Shown here: positions 19,232 through 29,462 of the stretch, one piece after another | Numbering within the stretch: position 1 is the stretch's first letter | Layout of the letters: the number at the start of each line of letters is the position of its first letter | Assembly: GCA_017428485.1 (NCBI GenBank) | Contig: JAFRQT010000011.1 | Span: forward strand, 7,301-71,300 | Origin: Bacilli bacterium | GTDB taxonomy: Bacteria; Bacillota_I; Bacilli_A; RF39; UBA660 | Reading direction: 5' to 3' | DNA: 64,000 nucleotides | Translations under genes and position numbers: made by a program | The notes under the pieces: model-generated | Databases searched by the model: none | Seen by the model: only the letters and a program-made list of their open reading frames with translations | What the model was told of the DNA's origin: nothing

Positions 19232-19999
19232 ATGTTGAGATATTTAAAATATGATAATCTAAATATAGATGAAGAACTTATTAAAATTAATAATTGCAAA
19301 GAAGTAGAATTAGTTTTAGAACCAAATAATAAAAAATGTTTATTTATTTTAGGAATGTTATTCGCAAATGGAACTAAAATTAAAATATTAAATGAAAAAG
19401 ATTTAAATCTTGAAACTACTAATAAATCATTCTCAATGATGGCATATGTGTGGAGTAGAATGGGAAATGATGATTTCCCATCATATGATTACTCAAATGT
19501 AAAGACAGAAATGGATAAAAGAATTGCCGGCTTTAAGCAAATGGGATTCGGATTACATAAAATAACTAATAATCCAGTTGATAATAGAATCTTTCTAATT
19601 TGTCCTGTTAGAAATGCTACACCGGAGCAAAGAAAATGGATTGAAGATTTTGTTGTAGAAAAAGATGAACAAGGCTATTCTATATATGCACCACATATTC
19701 ACACTAATCAAAAAGATGCTTTGGGTGGATATAACATATGTACAGATAACTCAGAGGCTATTGCTTTATCTGAAAAAATAAATATTTATTATGATCAAAC
19801 AAGTGCAGGCAGCGCTTTTGATTTAGGAGTTGCATATGCGCTTCATAAGCCACTTGAAATATTAAATAGAGAAGATATAGTTTTTAATGAAGGTAACTTT
19901 ATTGACAATGTAGTAAAAGATTGGCCATATAGTGCTAAAAATAAAAGAATGATTTATCTTGATAAAAATAGTAATAAGTATTATAATGCATGCGAATAA
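19232..19999 (+). CDS. nucleoside 2-deoxyribosyltransferase-like protein with a degenerate N-terminal copy
   Basis: IFLICP...YAPH...D..AI..S...SAGSAFDLGVAYALHKP. Confidence 0.55.
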   Translation: MLRYLKYDNLNIDEELIKINNCKEVELVLEPNNKKCLFILGMLFANGTKIKILNEKDLNLETTNKSFSMMAYVWSRMGNDDFPSYDYSNVKTEMDKRIAGFKQMGFGLHKITNNPVDNRIFLICPVRNATPEQRKWIEDFVVEKDEQGYSIYAPHIHTNQKDALGGYNICTDNSEAIALSEKINIYYDQTSAGSAFDLGVAYALHKPLEILNREDIVFNEGNFIDNVVKDWPYSAKNKRMIYLDKNSNKYYNACE

Positions 20000-20195
20000 G
20001 CAATACATCATATAATTATCTTAAATGATAAAAAGGAAGATAGAATATATTTTCCTTTTTTATTATTAATCAGATTATAATAAATAAGTTTTTTGCAAAT
20101 AATTTTACACTTAAAATGGTGTAAAATGATAAAAAACAATTAAAAAAAGAAATAAATAATGATATAATACTTTTAGAATAGGAAGGGAATAGATT

Positions 20196-21125
20196 GTGGC
20201 TGCAAAAGTATTTAAAACAATAGATGAACAAATTGATATTCTTAAGAGTAAAGGACTAGTTATAAATGACTATGACAAAGCAGGTGAAGTATTATTAAGA
20301 GAAAATTATTTTTTCTTAAATGGATATAGGTCTCCATTTCTAGTTACTGGTTCTAAGCGTTTTGTTGAAGGTTGTACATTTGAAGAAGTGTATGCTTTGT
20401 TTACTTTTGATAGATTTTTTAGAAATATAATATTTAAAAATATATTAATTGTTGAAAATAACTACAAATCTATTTTTAGTTATGTATTAAGTAAAAAGTA
20501 TGGCTATAAAGAAAAAGATTATTTAAATATAAATAACTTCGATAGAAGTAAAGAGAATATTAAAAGAATTAATGATTTGTTAAGAAAACTAAAGAGGCAA
20601 ATTAGAATAAATGGTTATCAACATCAAGCTACAAGCCATTATATTAACAATTATGGATATATTCCAATGTGGGTTGGTGTTAAAGTATTAAGTTTTGGTT
20701 TGATGAGTGAATTATTTTCTATTATAAAGGATGAAGACCAGGCAGAAATAGCAAGTTATTATAAAGTAGACGCTGATGAATTAGAAGATTATTTATCAAT
20801 TCTTTCAAATTACAGGAACTTATGTGCACATGAAGATATACTATATAATCATGAAACTCAAAAAGGTATTGATGATAATAAATACCATGAATTGTTAAAC
20901 ATACCTAAAGTTGATGATGAATATATTTATGGAAAACATGATATTTTTGCTTTAATAATAATATTAAAAGAATTATTAACTGCTGATGATTTTAAAATGA
21001 TGATGAATGAGATAATATATGAAATAGATTGGTTAGAATCTAAGTTAAAATCAATTAAAATAGAAAAAGTACTATATAGAATGGGATTCCCAGATAATTA
21101 TAAGCAAATATCTTATATAGAATAG
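20196..21125 (+). CDS. Abi family (Abi_2, AbiD/AbiF-like) HEPN protein
   Basis: FKTIDEQIDIL, NYF...GY, LFTFDR, IPMWV, SFG, HEPN motif RNLCAH, MGFP. Confidence 0.9.
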   Translation: MAAKVFKTIDEQIDILKSKGLVINDYDKAGEVLLRENYFFLNGYRSPFLVTGSKRFVEGCTFEEVYALFTFDRFFRNIIFKNILIVENNYKSIFSYVLSKKYGYKEKDYLNINNFDRSKENIKRINDLLRKLKRQIRINGYQHQATSHYINNYGYIPMWVGVKVLSFGLMSELFSIIKDEDQAEIASYYKVDADELEDYLSILSNYRNLCAHEDILYNHETQKGIDDNKYHELLNIPKVDDEYIYGKHDIFALIIILKELLTADDFKMMMNEIIYEIDWLESKLKSIKIEKVLYRMGFPDNYKQISYIE

Positions 21126-21133
21126 GAGAAATT

Positions 21134-22210
21134 ATGAAAAAAACAGTAGTTTATATAATAACTATTATTTTATCAATGACTGTTGGATTTGCAATATTTT
21201 ATATGTTAGTTCATTATTATCCAAATATTGTTATTAAAACTGTTAATAAGGTTGAAAAAACTGTTACAGTAACTGATAATGGATTATCAGCAGGTATAGA
21301 AAATGTATATGATTCAGTTGTAGTTGTAGAAAATTATCAAAAAAGCAAATTAGCGGGTACTGGCTCTGGTTTTATATATAATAAAAATGGATATATTATG
21401 ACTAATCATCATGTTGTTGAGAAAGCATCAGAGATTAAAGTTATTTTAATGGATGGAGAAACATTAAATGCAACTGTTATTGGAAGTGATCCATATGCAG
21501 ATATTGCAGTTATTCAAATAGATTCAAAATATGTAAAACATGTCGCTAAAATAGGAAGCAGCGAGGAATCTAAAGTTGGAGATACTGTTTTTACTATTGG
21601 ATCTCCAATTAGTGCTGATTATTTTGGTACAGTAACAAGGGGAATACTAAGTGGAAAAGATAGAATGGTAGAAGTATCAGTTAATTCAAGTTCAAGTGAT
21701 TGGATTATGAATGTTATGCAAACTGATGCTGCAATAAATCCAGGAAATAGTGGTGGACCATTATGCAATGTAAATGGAGATGTAATTGGAATTAATTCAA
21801 TGAAATTAGTTCAATCTCAAATAGAAGGGATAGGATTTGCAATTCCAATTGAAGATGCTGTTAAATATGCTAATACAATAGTGAAAGGTGAAAAAATTAA
21901 AAGGGCTTATCTAGGCATAAGCATGGGTGATATTTCATCAACATATTCATTATTGAGGAGGGGAATATATTTAGATTCTAGTATCACATCTGGAGTTGTA
22001 GTATTTGAAGTAGAAAATACTGGGCCATCTTATGAAGCTGGGTTAGAAATGGGTGATGTTATTGTGAAAGTTGGGCAATATGATGTAAGCAATGTAGCCC
22101 AATTGAGATATTACTTATTTAAATACAATCCAGGGGATACTATTAAGGTAAAAGTAATAAGAGGAAGAGAAAGCAAAATCTTTGATATTACATTAGGAAC
22201 AAGTGATTAA
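21134..22210 (+). CDS. htrA: HtrA-like serine protease with PDZ domain
   Basis: GSGF, TNHHV, DIAV, QTDAAINPGNSGGPL, GIGFAIP. Confidence 0.93.
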   Translation: MKKTVVYIITIILSMTVGFAIFYMLVHYYPNIVIKTVNKVEKTVTVTDNGLSAGIENVYDSVVVVENYQKSKLAGTGSGFIYNKNGYIMTNHHVVEKASEIKVILMDGETLNATVIGSDPYADIAVIQIDSKYVKHVAKIGSSEESKVGDTVFTIGSPISADYFGTVTRGILSGKDRMVEVSVNSSSSDWIMNVMQTDAAINPGNSGGPLCNVNGDVIGINSMKLVQSQIEGIGFAIPIEDAVKYANTIVKGEKIKRAYLGISMGDISSTYSLLRRGIYLDSSITSGVVVFEVENTGPSYEAGLEMGDVIVKVGQYDVSNVAQLRYYLFKYNPGDTIKVKVIRGRESKIFDITLGTSD

Positions 22211-22280
22211 CTTGTTCTTTTTTCTTGAAAATGGTCACTATTTAACATATAATTATATATATAATATAGGGGTTGATAAC

Positions 22281-24920
22281 ATGAAGGATTATGCTTATTT
22301 TGATAGTAAAACTGCGTTAAGGGAATTAAAAACTTCACTTAATGGTCTGACATCAAAAGAATCTTCACGTAGACTTAGCAAATATGGTTTAAATGAACTT
22401 CCTAAAGAAAAGAAAAAGAATCTTTTTCAGATTTTTTTGAGTGCATTTAAAGATCCAATAATTTATGTTTTATTATTTGCCGCTATAGTATCGCTTATAG
22501 CTGAAGAATACTTAGATGCCTTTGCAATATTATCTATTATTGTTATCGATGCAATAGTATCTACGATTCAAGAATATAAAGCAGAAAAAAATTCCGAATC
22601 TTTAAAAAAACTAATAAAAATGAATGTTAAAGTAATTAGAGATAATAAGGTCGCAGAGGTAGATTCATCTAAAATAGTAATTGGAGATATTATTGTACTT
22701 GAGTCTGGTAGCAAAGTTTCCGCTGATGCAAGAATTATTAATTGCACTAATTTAACAGTTGATGAAAGCATACTTACTGGTGAAAGTATTGCTGTTTTAA
22801 AGAATAATGAAAAATTAAATATTAGTGATAGTGAAAAGAAATGTATGTTATTTGCCGGAACTTCAGTACTTACTGGTAGAGCAATCGCAGTTGTTTGCGC
22901 AACTGCGATTGATACTGAAGTAGGTAAAATAGCACAAAAGGTAACAGAAACTATTGAGAGTAAATCACCTTTAACTAAAAGAATGGAAAAATTCTCTAAA
23001 CAAATAAGTTTAATTATAATAGTTATTTCACTAATAATTGCAATTATTTTATATTTTAAACATTATTCACTATTAGAAATATTTTTATCTGTAGTTGCAC
23101 TTTCCGTTTCAGCTATGCCAGAAGGACTACCTTTAGCTCTTACAATGGCACTTACTATCGCATCAGATAAAATGTCTAAAAGAAATGTTATTGTTAAAAA
23201 ATTAAATTCAGTTGAAAGTTTAGGAAGCTGTACCGTAATTGCAAGTGATAAAACTGGTACATTAACAGTTAATGAACAAACTGCCAAAATAATATTACTA
23301 GCTAGTGGAGAGACTTTTGAAGTAGAAGGTAATGGATATAATGATAATGGAAAAATAATTGAATATGATTATGCAGACATTGATAATGCAAAATATATTG
23401 CTACATTAGGTAATATTAATAATGAAGCAATGTTAGAAAAAGATAAAAGTGGATGGAAAAAATTTGGAGACTCTATAGATATTGCATTTTTAGCTCTTGC
23501 AAGAAAGTTAAAAGTAAATGATATAAAATATAAAAAATTAGAAGAAATACCATACGAATCAGAAAAACAATATAGCGCATATTTCTATAGAAAGGATAAT
23601 AAAAATTATTGTACTGCTAAAGGGTCAACAGAAGTAATTATAGATTTCTGTAAATACATGTATACTGGAAAAGGTAAAACAAAGATAGATACTAAAAAAA
23701 TACTTAAGCAAAATGAAAAACTAGCATCAAGTGGATATAGGGTAATTGCATTATGCGATGGTGAAATACCTCTTAGAGAAGATTATGATGAGAGAGATAT
23801 TAAAGATTTAACGTTTATAGGTCTTGTTGGGTTTATTGATCCTGTCAGAAAAGAGGTAAAAGCTTCTATCAAAGAATGTGAAACGGCAGGTATAAAGGTA
23901 TTAATGATTACTGGAGATCATGCATTAACTGCATATGCTATTGCAAAAGAATTAAATATTGTTTCAACTCAAGATGAAGTAATAACCGGAAGTGACTTAG
24001 ATTTTTACATAGATGATCAAGATAAATTTGATAGATTTATTTCTGATAAAAGAGTATTTGCAAGAGTAACTCCACTTCAGAAGTTAAGAATAATTGAATC
24101 ACTTCAAAGACAAGGTGAATTTGTAGCAGTAACTGGAGATGGAGTAAACGATGCTCCAGCTATTAAAGCAGCTGATATAGGTGTTGCGATGGGAAGTGGA
24201 ACCGATGTTGCTAAAGAAAGCGCAAAAATGATTATCACTGATGATAATTTTACTTCCATAGTTGCAGGGATTGAAGAAGGAAGAAATGCTTATTCTAATA
24301 TTAGGAAAATTAGTATATTATTGCTCTCTTGTGGATTTGCAGAAGTTTTATTCTTTGTATTATCAATTATCTTTGATTTACCAATTCCATTAGTAGCAAT
24401 ACAATTATTATGGTTAAATCTAGTAACAGATGGTCTTCAAGATATGGCTCTTTCATTTGAAAGAGAAACAGATTCTATTATGAAAGAGAAACCTAGGAAT
24501 CCAAATGAGAGTTTATTTGAAAAGAATTTAATATCTCAAATATTAATATCTGGTTTATCTATTGGGGTAATCGTGTTTGTAATATGGAATATATTAATAT
24601 CTGAAGCAAAAATGGACATTGGTCATGCAAGAGCATATGTACTTGCACTTATGGTATTCATTCAAAATATTCATGTATTAAATTGTAGAAGTGAAAAGAA
24701 AAGTATATTTAAAATTAATTTCAAGCAAAATAAATTTATTTTATTCACAATAGTTATTAGTATAATATTACAAATAATAGTAATGGAAGTACCTCAATTT
24801 TCTCAATTTTTACAAACTTATAGTGTCCCAGTACTACATATGTTTATATTACTTTGTGTATCAATTCCAATATTATTTGTAATGGAATCATATAAACAAT
24901 TTAAAAATAGTAGAGAATAG
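22281..24920 (+). CDS. P-type (P2A-like) cation-transporting ATPase
   Basis: LTGES, PEGLP, DKTGTLT, TGDH, GDGVNDAPA, QLLWLNLVTD. Confidence 0.95.
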   Translation: MKDYAYFDSKTALRELKTSLNGLTSKESSRRLSKYGLNELPKEKKKNLFQIFLSAFKDPIIYVLLFAAIVSLIAEEYLDAFAILSIIVIDAIVSTIQEYKAEKNSESLKKLIKMNVKVIRDNKVAEVDSSKIVIGDIIVLESGSKVSADARIINCTNLTVDESILTGESIAVLKNNEKLNISDSEKKCMLFAGTSVLTGRAIAVVCATAIDTEVGKIAQKVTETIESKSPLTKRMEKFSKQISLIIIVISLIIAIILYFKHYSLLEIFLSVVALSVSAMPEGLPLALTMALTIASDKMSKRNVIVKKLNSVESLGSCTVIASDKTGTLTVNEQTAKIILLASGETFEVEGNGYNDNGKIIEYDYADIDNAKYIATLGNINNEAMLEKDKSGWKKFGDSIDIAFLALARKLKVNDIKYKKLEEIPYESEKQYSAYFYRKDNKNYCTAKGSTEVIIDFCKYMYTGKGKTKIDTKKILKQNEKLASSGYRVIALCDGEIPLREDYDERDIKDLTFIGLVGFIDPVRKEVKASIKECETAGIKVLMITGDHALTAYAIAKELNIVSTQDEVITGSDLDFYIDDQDKFDRFISDKRVFARVTPLQKLRIIESLQRQGEFVAVTGDGVNDAPAIKAADIGVAMGSGTDVAKESAKMIITDDNFTSIVAGIEEGRNAYSNIRKISILLLSCGFAEVLFFVLSIIFDLPIPLVAIQLLWLNLVTDGLQDMALSFERETDSIMKEKPRNPNESLFEKNLISQILISGLSIGVIVFVIWNILISEAKMDIGHARAYVLALMVFIQNIHVLNCRSEKKSIFKINFKQNKFILFTIVISIILQIIVMEVPQFSQFLQTYSVPVLHMFILLCVSIPILFVMESYKQFKNSRE

Positions 24921-24956
24921 AGTATAATATATAATAGGAGTAGGAGGAATAGTTAT

Positions 24957-26378
24957 ATGAAAAAGAATATTTTAATGTTTATAAATGGCTTTGGAGTAGA
25001 ACAAAGAGATTCATATAATGTATATTCTGAAAGTTTAATGCCTAATATGGATAAACTTACTAAAACTTGTTTGTTTGGCTCACTTAATAGTGGTGATTTA
25101 GATTATAAGACAGGTTATAGAAGATTTAGTATAGGTATTGGTGAAGAACTAACATATAGTATTGTTAATAATTCAATTAATGATGAAACTTATAAAAATA
25201 ATGAATTATTTAATTATATTATTGGGCAATTAAACACAAATAGTTCAAAATTACATGTGATTTGTTATTGGGATAATGAAAATACATTTTTTCAACTAGT
25301 AGTTTTCTTAAAAGAAGTTGTAACAAGAACTAAAATTCCTGTAAATGTTCACTTAGTATTAAATCAAAAATCATTAAATGATTATAGATATATTGAAAAA
25401 AGCTTGAATACATTAAACTATGAACTTGGTAATAATCTTAAAGTTGGTATAGTGTCTGGATCAAATAATCAATTATTTTATAAAGATTTTATGAAACTAT
25501 TTGTTGCTGACTCTGGTGAAAAATGGAAAGATGTTTCAAAGAAAGTAGAAGTTTTATATGAGACTAAAACAAAACCAGAAGATGTAAGAACATTTGCATT
25601 AAATAGTGGAACAACTTTAAATGATAATGATAGTGTTTTATTCTTTAATTATTCTAATATTGATGTCACTCCATTTACTAAAGAATTAATAGAACAGAAA
25701 TATAGAAAATTAAATTTAGGAACTATAAGATTCTATTCATTATTCCCAATTAAATGTGATAATGTTAATATTCCATCAATGTATAATTATGCTGTTTCAT
25801 CTACATATATGTTAAATTCAATAAAAACAATAAATGCTAGATGCATGATTATGGCAAAACAAGAATATTGTCCTGAAATCAATAATTATTTAACTGGTCT
25901 TAGAAACACATATGAAGAGAGCATTAAATATATGCCTACTGATAATGGATTTATATATGATGGAAATATTTTATTAAATACAATAGTTTCATTAAAAGAA
26001 GAACTAGTAATAGTTAATTATGAAATAGATGATTGTAAAACAGTAGAAGAGATTAAAGATAGACTTTCTAAAATAGATAGTGTTATTGGAATTCTATATG
26101 GTTATACAAGTCAAAATAATATGGGATTATTTATTTCTTCTCTTTACGGATTAGAAAAAGAATTATATAATAATAAACATGAACTTTGTAAGATTAACTT
26201 TTCTGTTAGAGCACCTGTTATAGTGGCAGATCCTAGTATTACAAAGAATAATTATACATTAGAAGAAGGAACTGTATTTAATCTTGCAAACTCTGTTTAT
26301 AAAAACATTAATGGCAATTATAGACATGAGGGTATAGTAAAAAGAAAAAAGGGAATTTTATCAATATTTAAGAAGTAG
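24957..26378 (+). CDS. degenerate cofactor-independent phosphoglycerate mutase-like protein
   Basis: ILMFINGFG, DSVLFFNY, LVIVNY, ID..IG.L, ISSLYG and AP motifs follow iPGM order, but catalytic Ser and metal ligands are absent. Confidence 0.55.
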   Translation: MKKNILMFINGFGVEQRDSYNVYSESLMPNMDKLTKTCLFGSLNSGDLDYKTGYRRFSIGIGEELTYSIVNNSINDETYKNNELFNYIIGQLNTNSSKLHVICYWDNENTFFQLVVFLKEVVTRTKIPVNVHLVLNQKSLNDYRYIEKSLNTLNYELGNNLKVGIVSGSNNQLFYKDFMKLFVADSGEKWKDVSKKVEVLYETKTKPEDVRTFALNSGTTLNDNDSVLFFNYSNIDVTPFTKELIEQKYRKLNLGTIRFYSLFPIKCDNVNIPSMYNYAVSSTYMLNSIKTINARCMIMAKQEYCPEINNYLTGLRNTYEESIKYMPTDNGFIYDGNILLNTIVSLKEELVIVNYEIDDCKTVEEIKDRLSKIDSVIGILYGYTSQNNMGLFISSLYGLEKELYNNKHELCKINFSVRAPVIVADPSITKNNYTLEEGTVFNLANSVYKNINGNYRHEGIVKRKKGILSIFKK

Positions 26379-26387
26379 GAGTGAAAT

Positions 26388-26969
26388 ATGAAAAAAGTTA
26401 CAGGAAAAAGATTTTGCGCATATATAGTTGATTACGTAATAGTTGCATTAATTGCTTCATTATTTGCTAGAGTGCCAATTTTAAATCCAAATTATGATAG
26501 GTATATGGAAGAATATAATAAGTATATTGAATCAGTTAAAACTAGTTTGAATGATAGTGCATCAGATGAAATAATTGATAATTCATATGAAATGACAAAA
26601 TTAGGTGTTAATATTACTATAATTAATTTAGTAGTAGGTGCTATATACTTTGTAGGTTTTCAATATCTAAATAAAGGTCAAACACTTGGTAAAAAAATGT
26701 TAAAAATTAGAATGGTTGATGACAATAATGAAAGACCAAAATTATATCAAGTATTAATTCATTCAATAATAATTAACAGTTTACTCACAACAACAATATC
26801 TGTAATAACACTATTATGTTTATCTAAAGCCACATATCTAAATATCAGTGAAGTTGTACAAATAATTGACATGGGATTATTATTTGGATCATTCGGTTGT
26901 ATGATAGTTAGAAAAGATGGAAAAGGTATTCATAATATTTTAGCTCATACAAATGTAATAGGAGAATAA
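26388..26969 (+). CDS. RDD family membrane protein
   Basis: KRFCAYIVD, GQTLGKK, GIHN. Confidence 0.85.
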   Translation: MKKVTGKRFCAYIVDYVIVALIASLFARVPILNPNYDRYMEEYNKYIESVKTSLNDSASDEIIDNSYEMTKLGVNITIINLVVGAIYFVGFQYLNKGQTLGKKMLKIRMVDDNNERPKLYQVLIHSIIINSLLTTTISVITLLCLSKATYLNISEVVQIIDMGLLFGSFGCMIVRKDGKGIHNILAHTNVIGE

Positions 26970-26971
26970 GT

Positions 26972-27403
26972 ATGATAATAGGAATTGCAAATGACCATAG
27001 AGGTGTAAAATTAAAAGAAAAAATACAAAAATATTTACATAATAATGGATATACGTGTATAAATTATGGGACCGATACTGAAGATAGTGTAGATTATGTA
27101 GATTATGCCGAAAAGTTATGCAAAGCAATTAATAATCATGAAGCAGACTATGGAATTTTAATTTGTGGTACAGGAATAGGTATGTCAATCGCGGCTAATA
27201 AAATAAAAGGAATTAGGTGTGGAAGAGTAGTAAACCCAAGAGAAGCTGCATTAACAAAAGAACATAATATGGCAAATGTAATTGCACTTTCCGAGGATAC
27301 TGAAAATGCTGAGGAAATAGTAAATGCATTTTTAACTACTAAGTATTCCGATAATGAAAGACATATAAGAAGAGTTAATAAAATTAGCAAATTGGAGGAA
27401 TAA
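26972..27403 (+). CDS. rpiB: ribose-5-phosphate isomerase B
   Basis: NDHRG, DYVDY, ICGTGIGMSIAANK, HN.ANV, RHIRRV. Confidence 0.93.
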   Translation: MIIGIANDHRGVKLKEKIQKYLHNNGYTCINYGTDTEDSVDYVDYAEKLCKAINNHEADYGILICGTGIGMSIAANKIKGIRCGRVVNPREAALTKEHNMANVIALSEDTENAEEIVNAFLTTKYSDNERHIRRVNKISKLEE

Positions 27404-27796
27404 ATGAATAGAACATTGTTAAAAGTTGCTGGTATTATTTCAATTATTATAGGAGTTATTTGCTCTTTAACTATAATTGGATTAATAGTAGGTATACCTC
27501 TTATAATCGGAGGAGTTAAATTTAATGACTACTCTAATATGAGTGATGAAGAAATAGAAAAAAATAAAGATAGTATTCTAATTTGGACAATTGTATTCTT
27601 GTTTATTAATCAAATAAGTGGCGTTATTGCATTAATTGCATATTTATTATATGAAGCAAATAATACAAGTTATGTTAAATCATATAAACAAAATAATAAA
27701 TATACGGAACTTGAACGAATTAAAAAATTATATGATGATAAAGTATTAACAAAAGAAGAATACGAAAAAGAAAAAGAAAGAATATTAAATTCTTAA
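27404..27796 (+). CDS. membrane protein with C-terminal SHOCT domain
   Basis: TM segments plus ELERIKKLYDDKVLTKEEYEKEKERIL. Confidence 0.75.
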   Translation: MNRTLLKVAGIISIIIGVICSLTIIGLIVGIPLIIGGVKFNDYSNMSDEEIEKNKDSILIWTIVFLFINQISGVIALIAYLLYEANNTSYVKSYKQNNKYTELERIKKLYDDKVLTKEEYEKEKERILNS

Positions 27797-27813
27797 TATG
27801 AATAAAATATACT

Positions 27814-28701
27814 ATGAGGATAAAAATCATAGTATTTTTTGTTGCATTAATTCTGCTATTAACAAGTTATAAACAAGAAAACAATTATATTATAGAAAAA
27901 CCTAATACTTTAGCTGTAAATGTATTAAAAAATGATGAAATAATTAATATAGATTTGGAAAACTATGTGATTGGAGTAGTCGCATGTGAGATGCCAGCGT
28001 CCTTTAAAGACGAAGCATTAAAAGCAATGGCAGTTGCCGCTAGAACATATGCACTATATAAAATGAAGAAGAATAATAAATATGATCTTACTGCTACTAC
28101 AAAGGATCAATGCTACATTACAATCGATGAAATGAAAAATAAATGGAAGAATAATTATGATAAATATTATAATAAAATTAAAAAAGATGTATATTCTACT
28201 GAAGGAGAATATCTAACGTATAATGGAGATGTAATAATAGCTTTTTACTTTTCAATATCAAATGGATATACAGAAAATGTGGAAAATGTATTTTCACAAA
28301 AACTAGATTATTTAGTAAGCGTAGATTCTTCATTTGATAGTAAATATTCATATAAAGAAAGTGAAAAGGAGACAAAACTAAAAGATTTTTTAAATAAATT
28401 AGGTATCAAAGATACTAAAATAGAAAAAATTTCAATAGAAAGATATAATACAGGTAGAGTTAAAACTATAAAAGTAAATAATAAGTCATTTAAAGGGACT
28501 AATTTTAGAACTAAGTTGGGACTTAGATCAACTGACTTTGAAATAAAATATGATTCGAATAAAGTATATATTACAACAAAAGGATATGGTCATGGAGTTG
28601 GTATGAGTCAATATGGCGCTAATGCAATGGCAGATTTAGGATATAGATATGAAGATATTTTAAAATATTATTATACAGGTGTAAAAATAATGCATAATTA
28701 A
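27814..28701 (+). CDS. spoIID: stage II sporulation protein D
   Basis: LENYVIGVVACEMPASF..EALKAMAVAARTY, LRST, GYGHGVGMSQYGA. Confidence 0.92.
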   Translation: MRIKIIVFFVALILLLTSYKQENNYIIEKPNTLAVNVLKNDEIINIDLENYVIGVVACEMPASFKDEALKAMAVAARTYALYKMKKNNKYDLTATTKDQCYITIDEMKNKWKNNYDKYYNKIKKDVYSTEGEYLTYNGDVIIAFYFSISNGYTENVENVFSQKLDYLVSVDSSFDSKYSYKESEKETKLKDFLNKLGIKDTKIEKISIERYNTGRVKTIKVNNKSFKGTNFRTKLGLRSTDFEIKYDSNKVYITTKGYGHGVGMSQYGANAMADLGYRYEDILKYYYTGVKIMHN

Positions 28702-28738
28702 TTAAAAAATGTTCACTCTATATTTAGGAGAGTGAACA

Positions 28739-29377
28739 ATGGGAAAAATTTCTAAAGTGTTATTACCTACAATGTATTTAGGTATAATATCAGTAATGAT
28801 TATAAGTGTTGTATTAGTATTATCAGGAATACAGTCATTCTTAAATGAATCACCAATTCATCAATATACTCTTGATAATGTATTTGAAGGAGATGTAATG
28901 CCTGTTGTAAAACAGGAACCAACATATGAATCCATTATTAAACCTTATTTAACAGATAATGTAACTGTGGGTAGATATTTCTATGATTTTGAATCAGATG
29001 AGAAGAAACAAGAGGATTCTTTAATATTATATGGTGATACGTACATGCAAAATAATGGAGTAGATTATGTGTGTAAGGATAAGTTTGATGTAGTTGCTGT
29101 TTTAGCAGGTGAAGTTGTATCAATTGAAGATAGTGAAATATATGGAAAAATACTAACTATTAAACATAATGACAATTTAAAAACAGTATATAGCAATATT
29201 ACAGATGTATTAGTTACGGTTGGATACTATGCTTCCCAAGGTGAGATAATAGCATCTAGTAAAAAATCTACAATTGATAACAATAATAATTCTATGTTGC
29301 ATTTTGAAGTGTATTATAAAGACAATGCAATTGATCCTGAAAATATATATACTTTATCAGTAAGCGAATTTCAATAA
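28739..29377 (+). CDS. spoIIQ: SpoIIQ-like degenerate M23 protein
   Basis: N-terminal TM, YFYD, NGVD (no first His), G.V, LHFEV; directly follows spoIID. Confidence 0.7.
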   Translation: MGKISKVLLPTMYLGIISVMIISVVLVLSGIQSFLNESPIHQYTLDNVFEGDVMPVVKQEPTYESIIKPYLTDNVTVGRYFYDFESDEKKQEDSLILYGDTYMQNNGVDYVCKDKFDVVAVLAGEVVSIEDSEIYGKILTIKHNDNLKTVYSNITDVLVTVGYYASQGEIIASSKKSTIDNNNNSMLHFEVYYKDNAIDPENIYTLSVSEFQ

Positions 29378-29462
29378 AACCTATAAAGGTTTTATTTTTT
29401 TATAATAATATATTTTATTGAAAAAGAAATACTCTTATATTATAATTATTTAGGTGAAAAAA

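Noticed and set aside
12588-20126. Similar TTTACA...TGTAAA palindromes at 12588-12608 and 20103-20126
   Set aside because: Spacers differ and the DNA is very AT-rich; not enough to call a shared operator.
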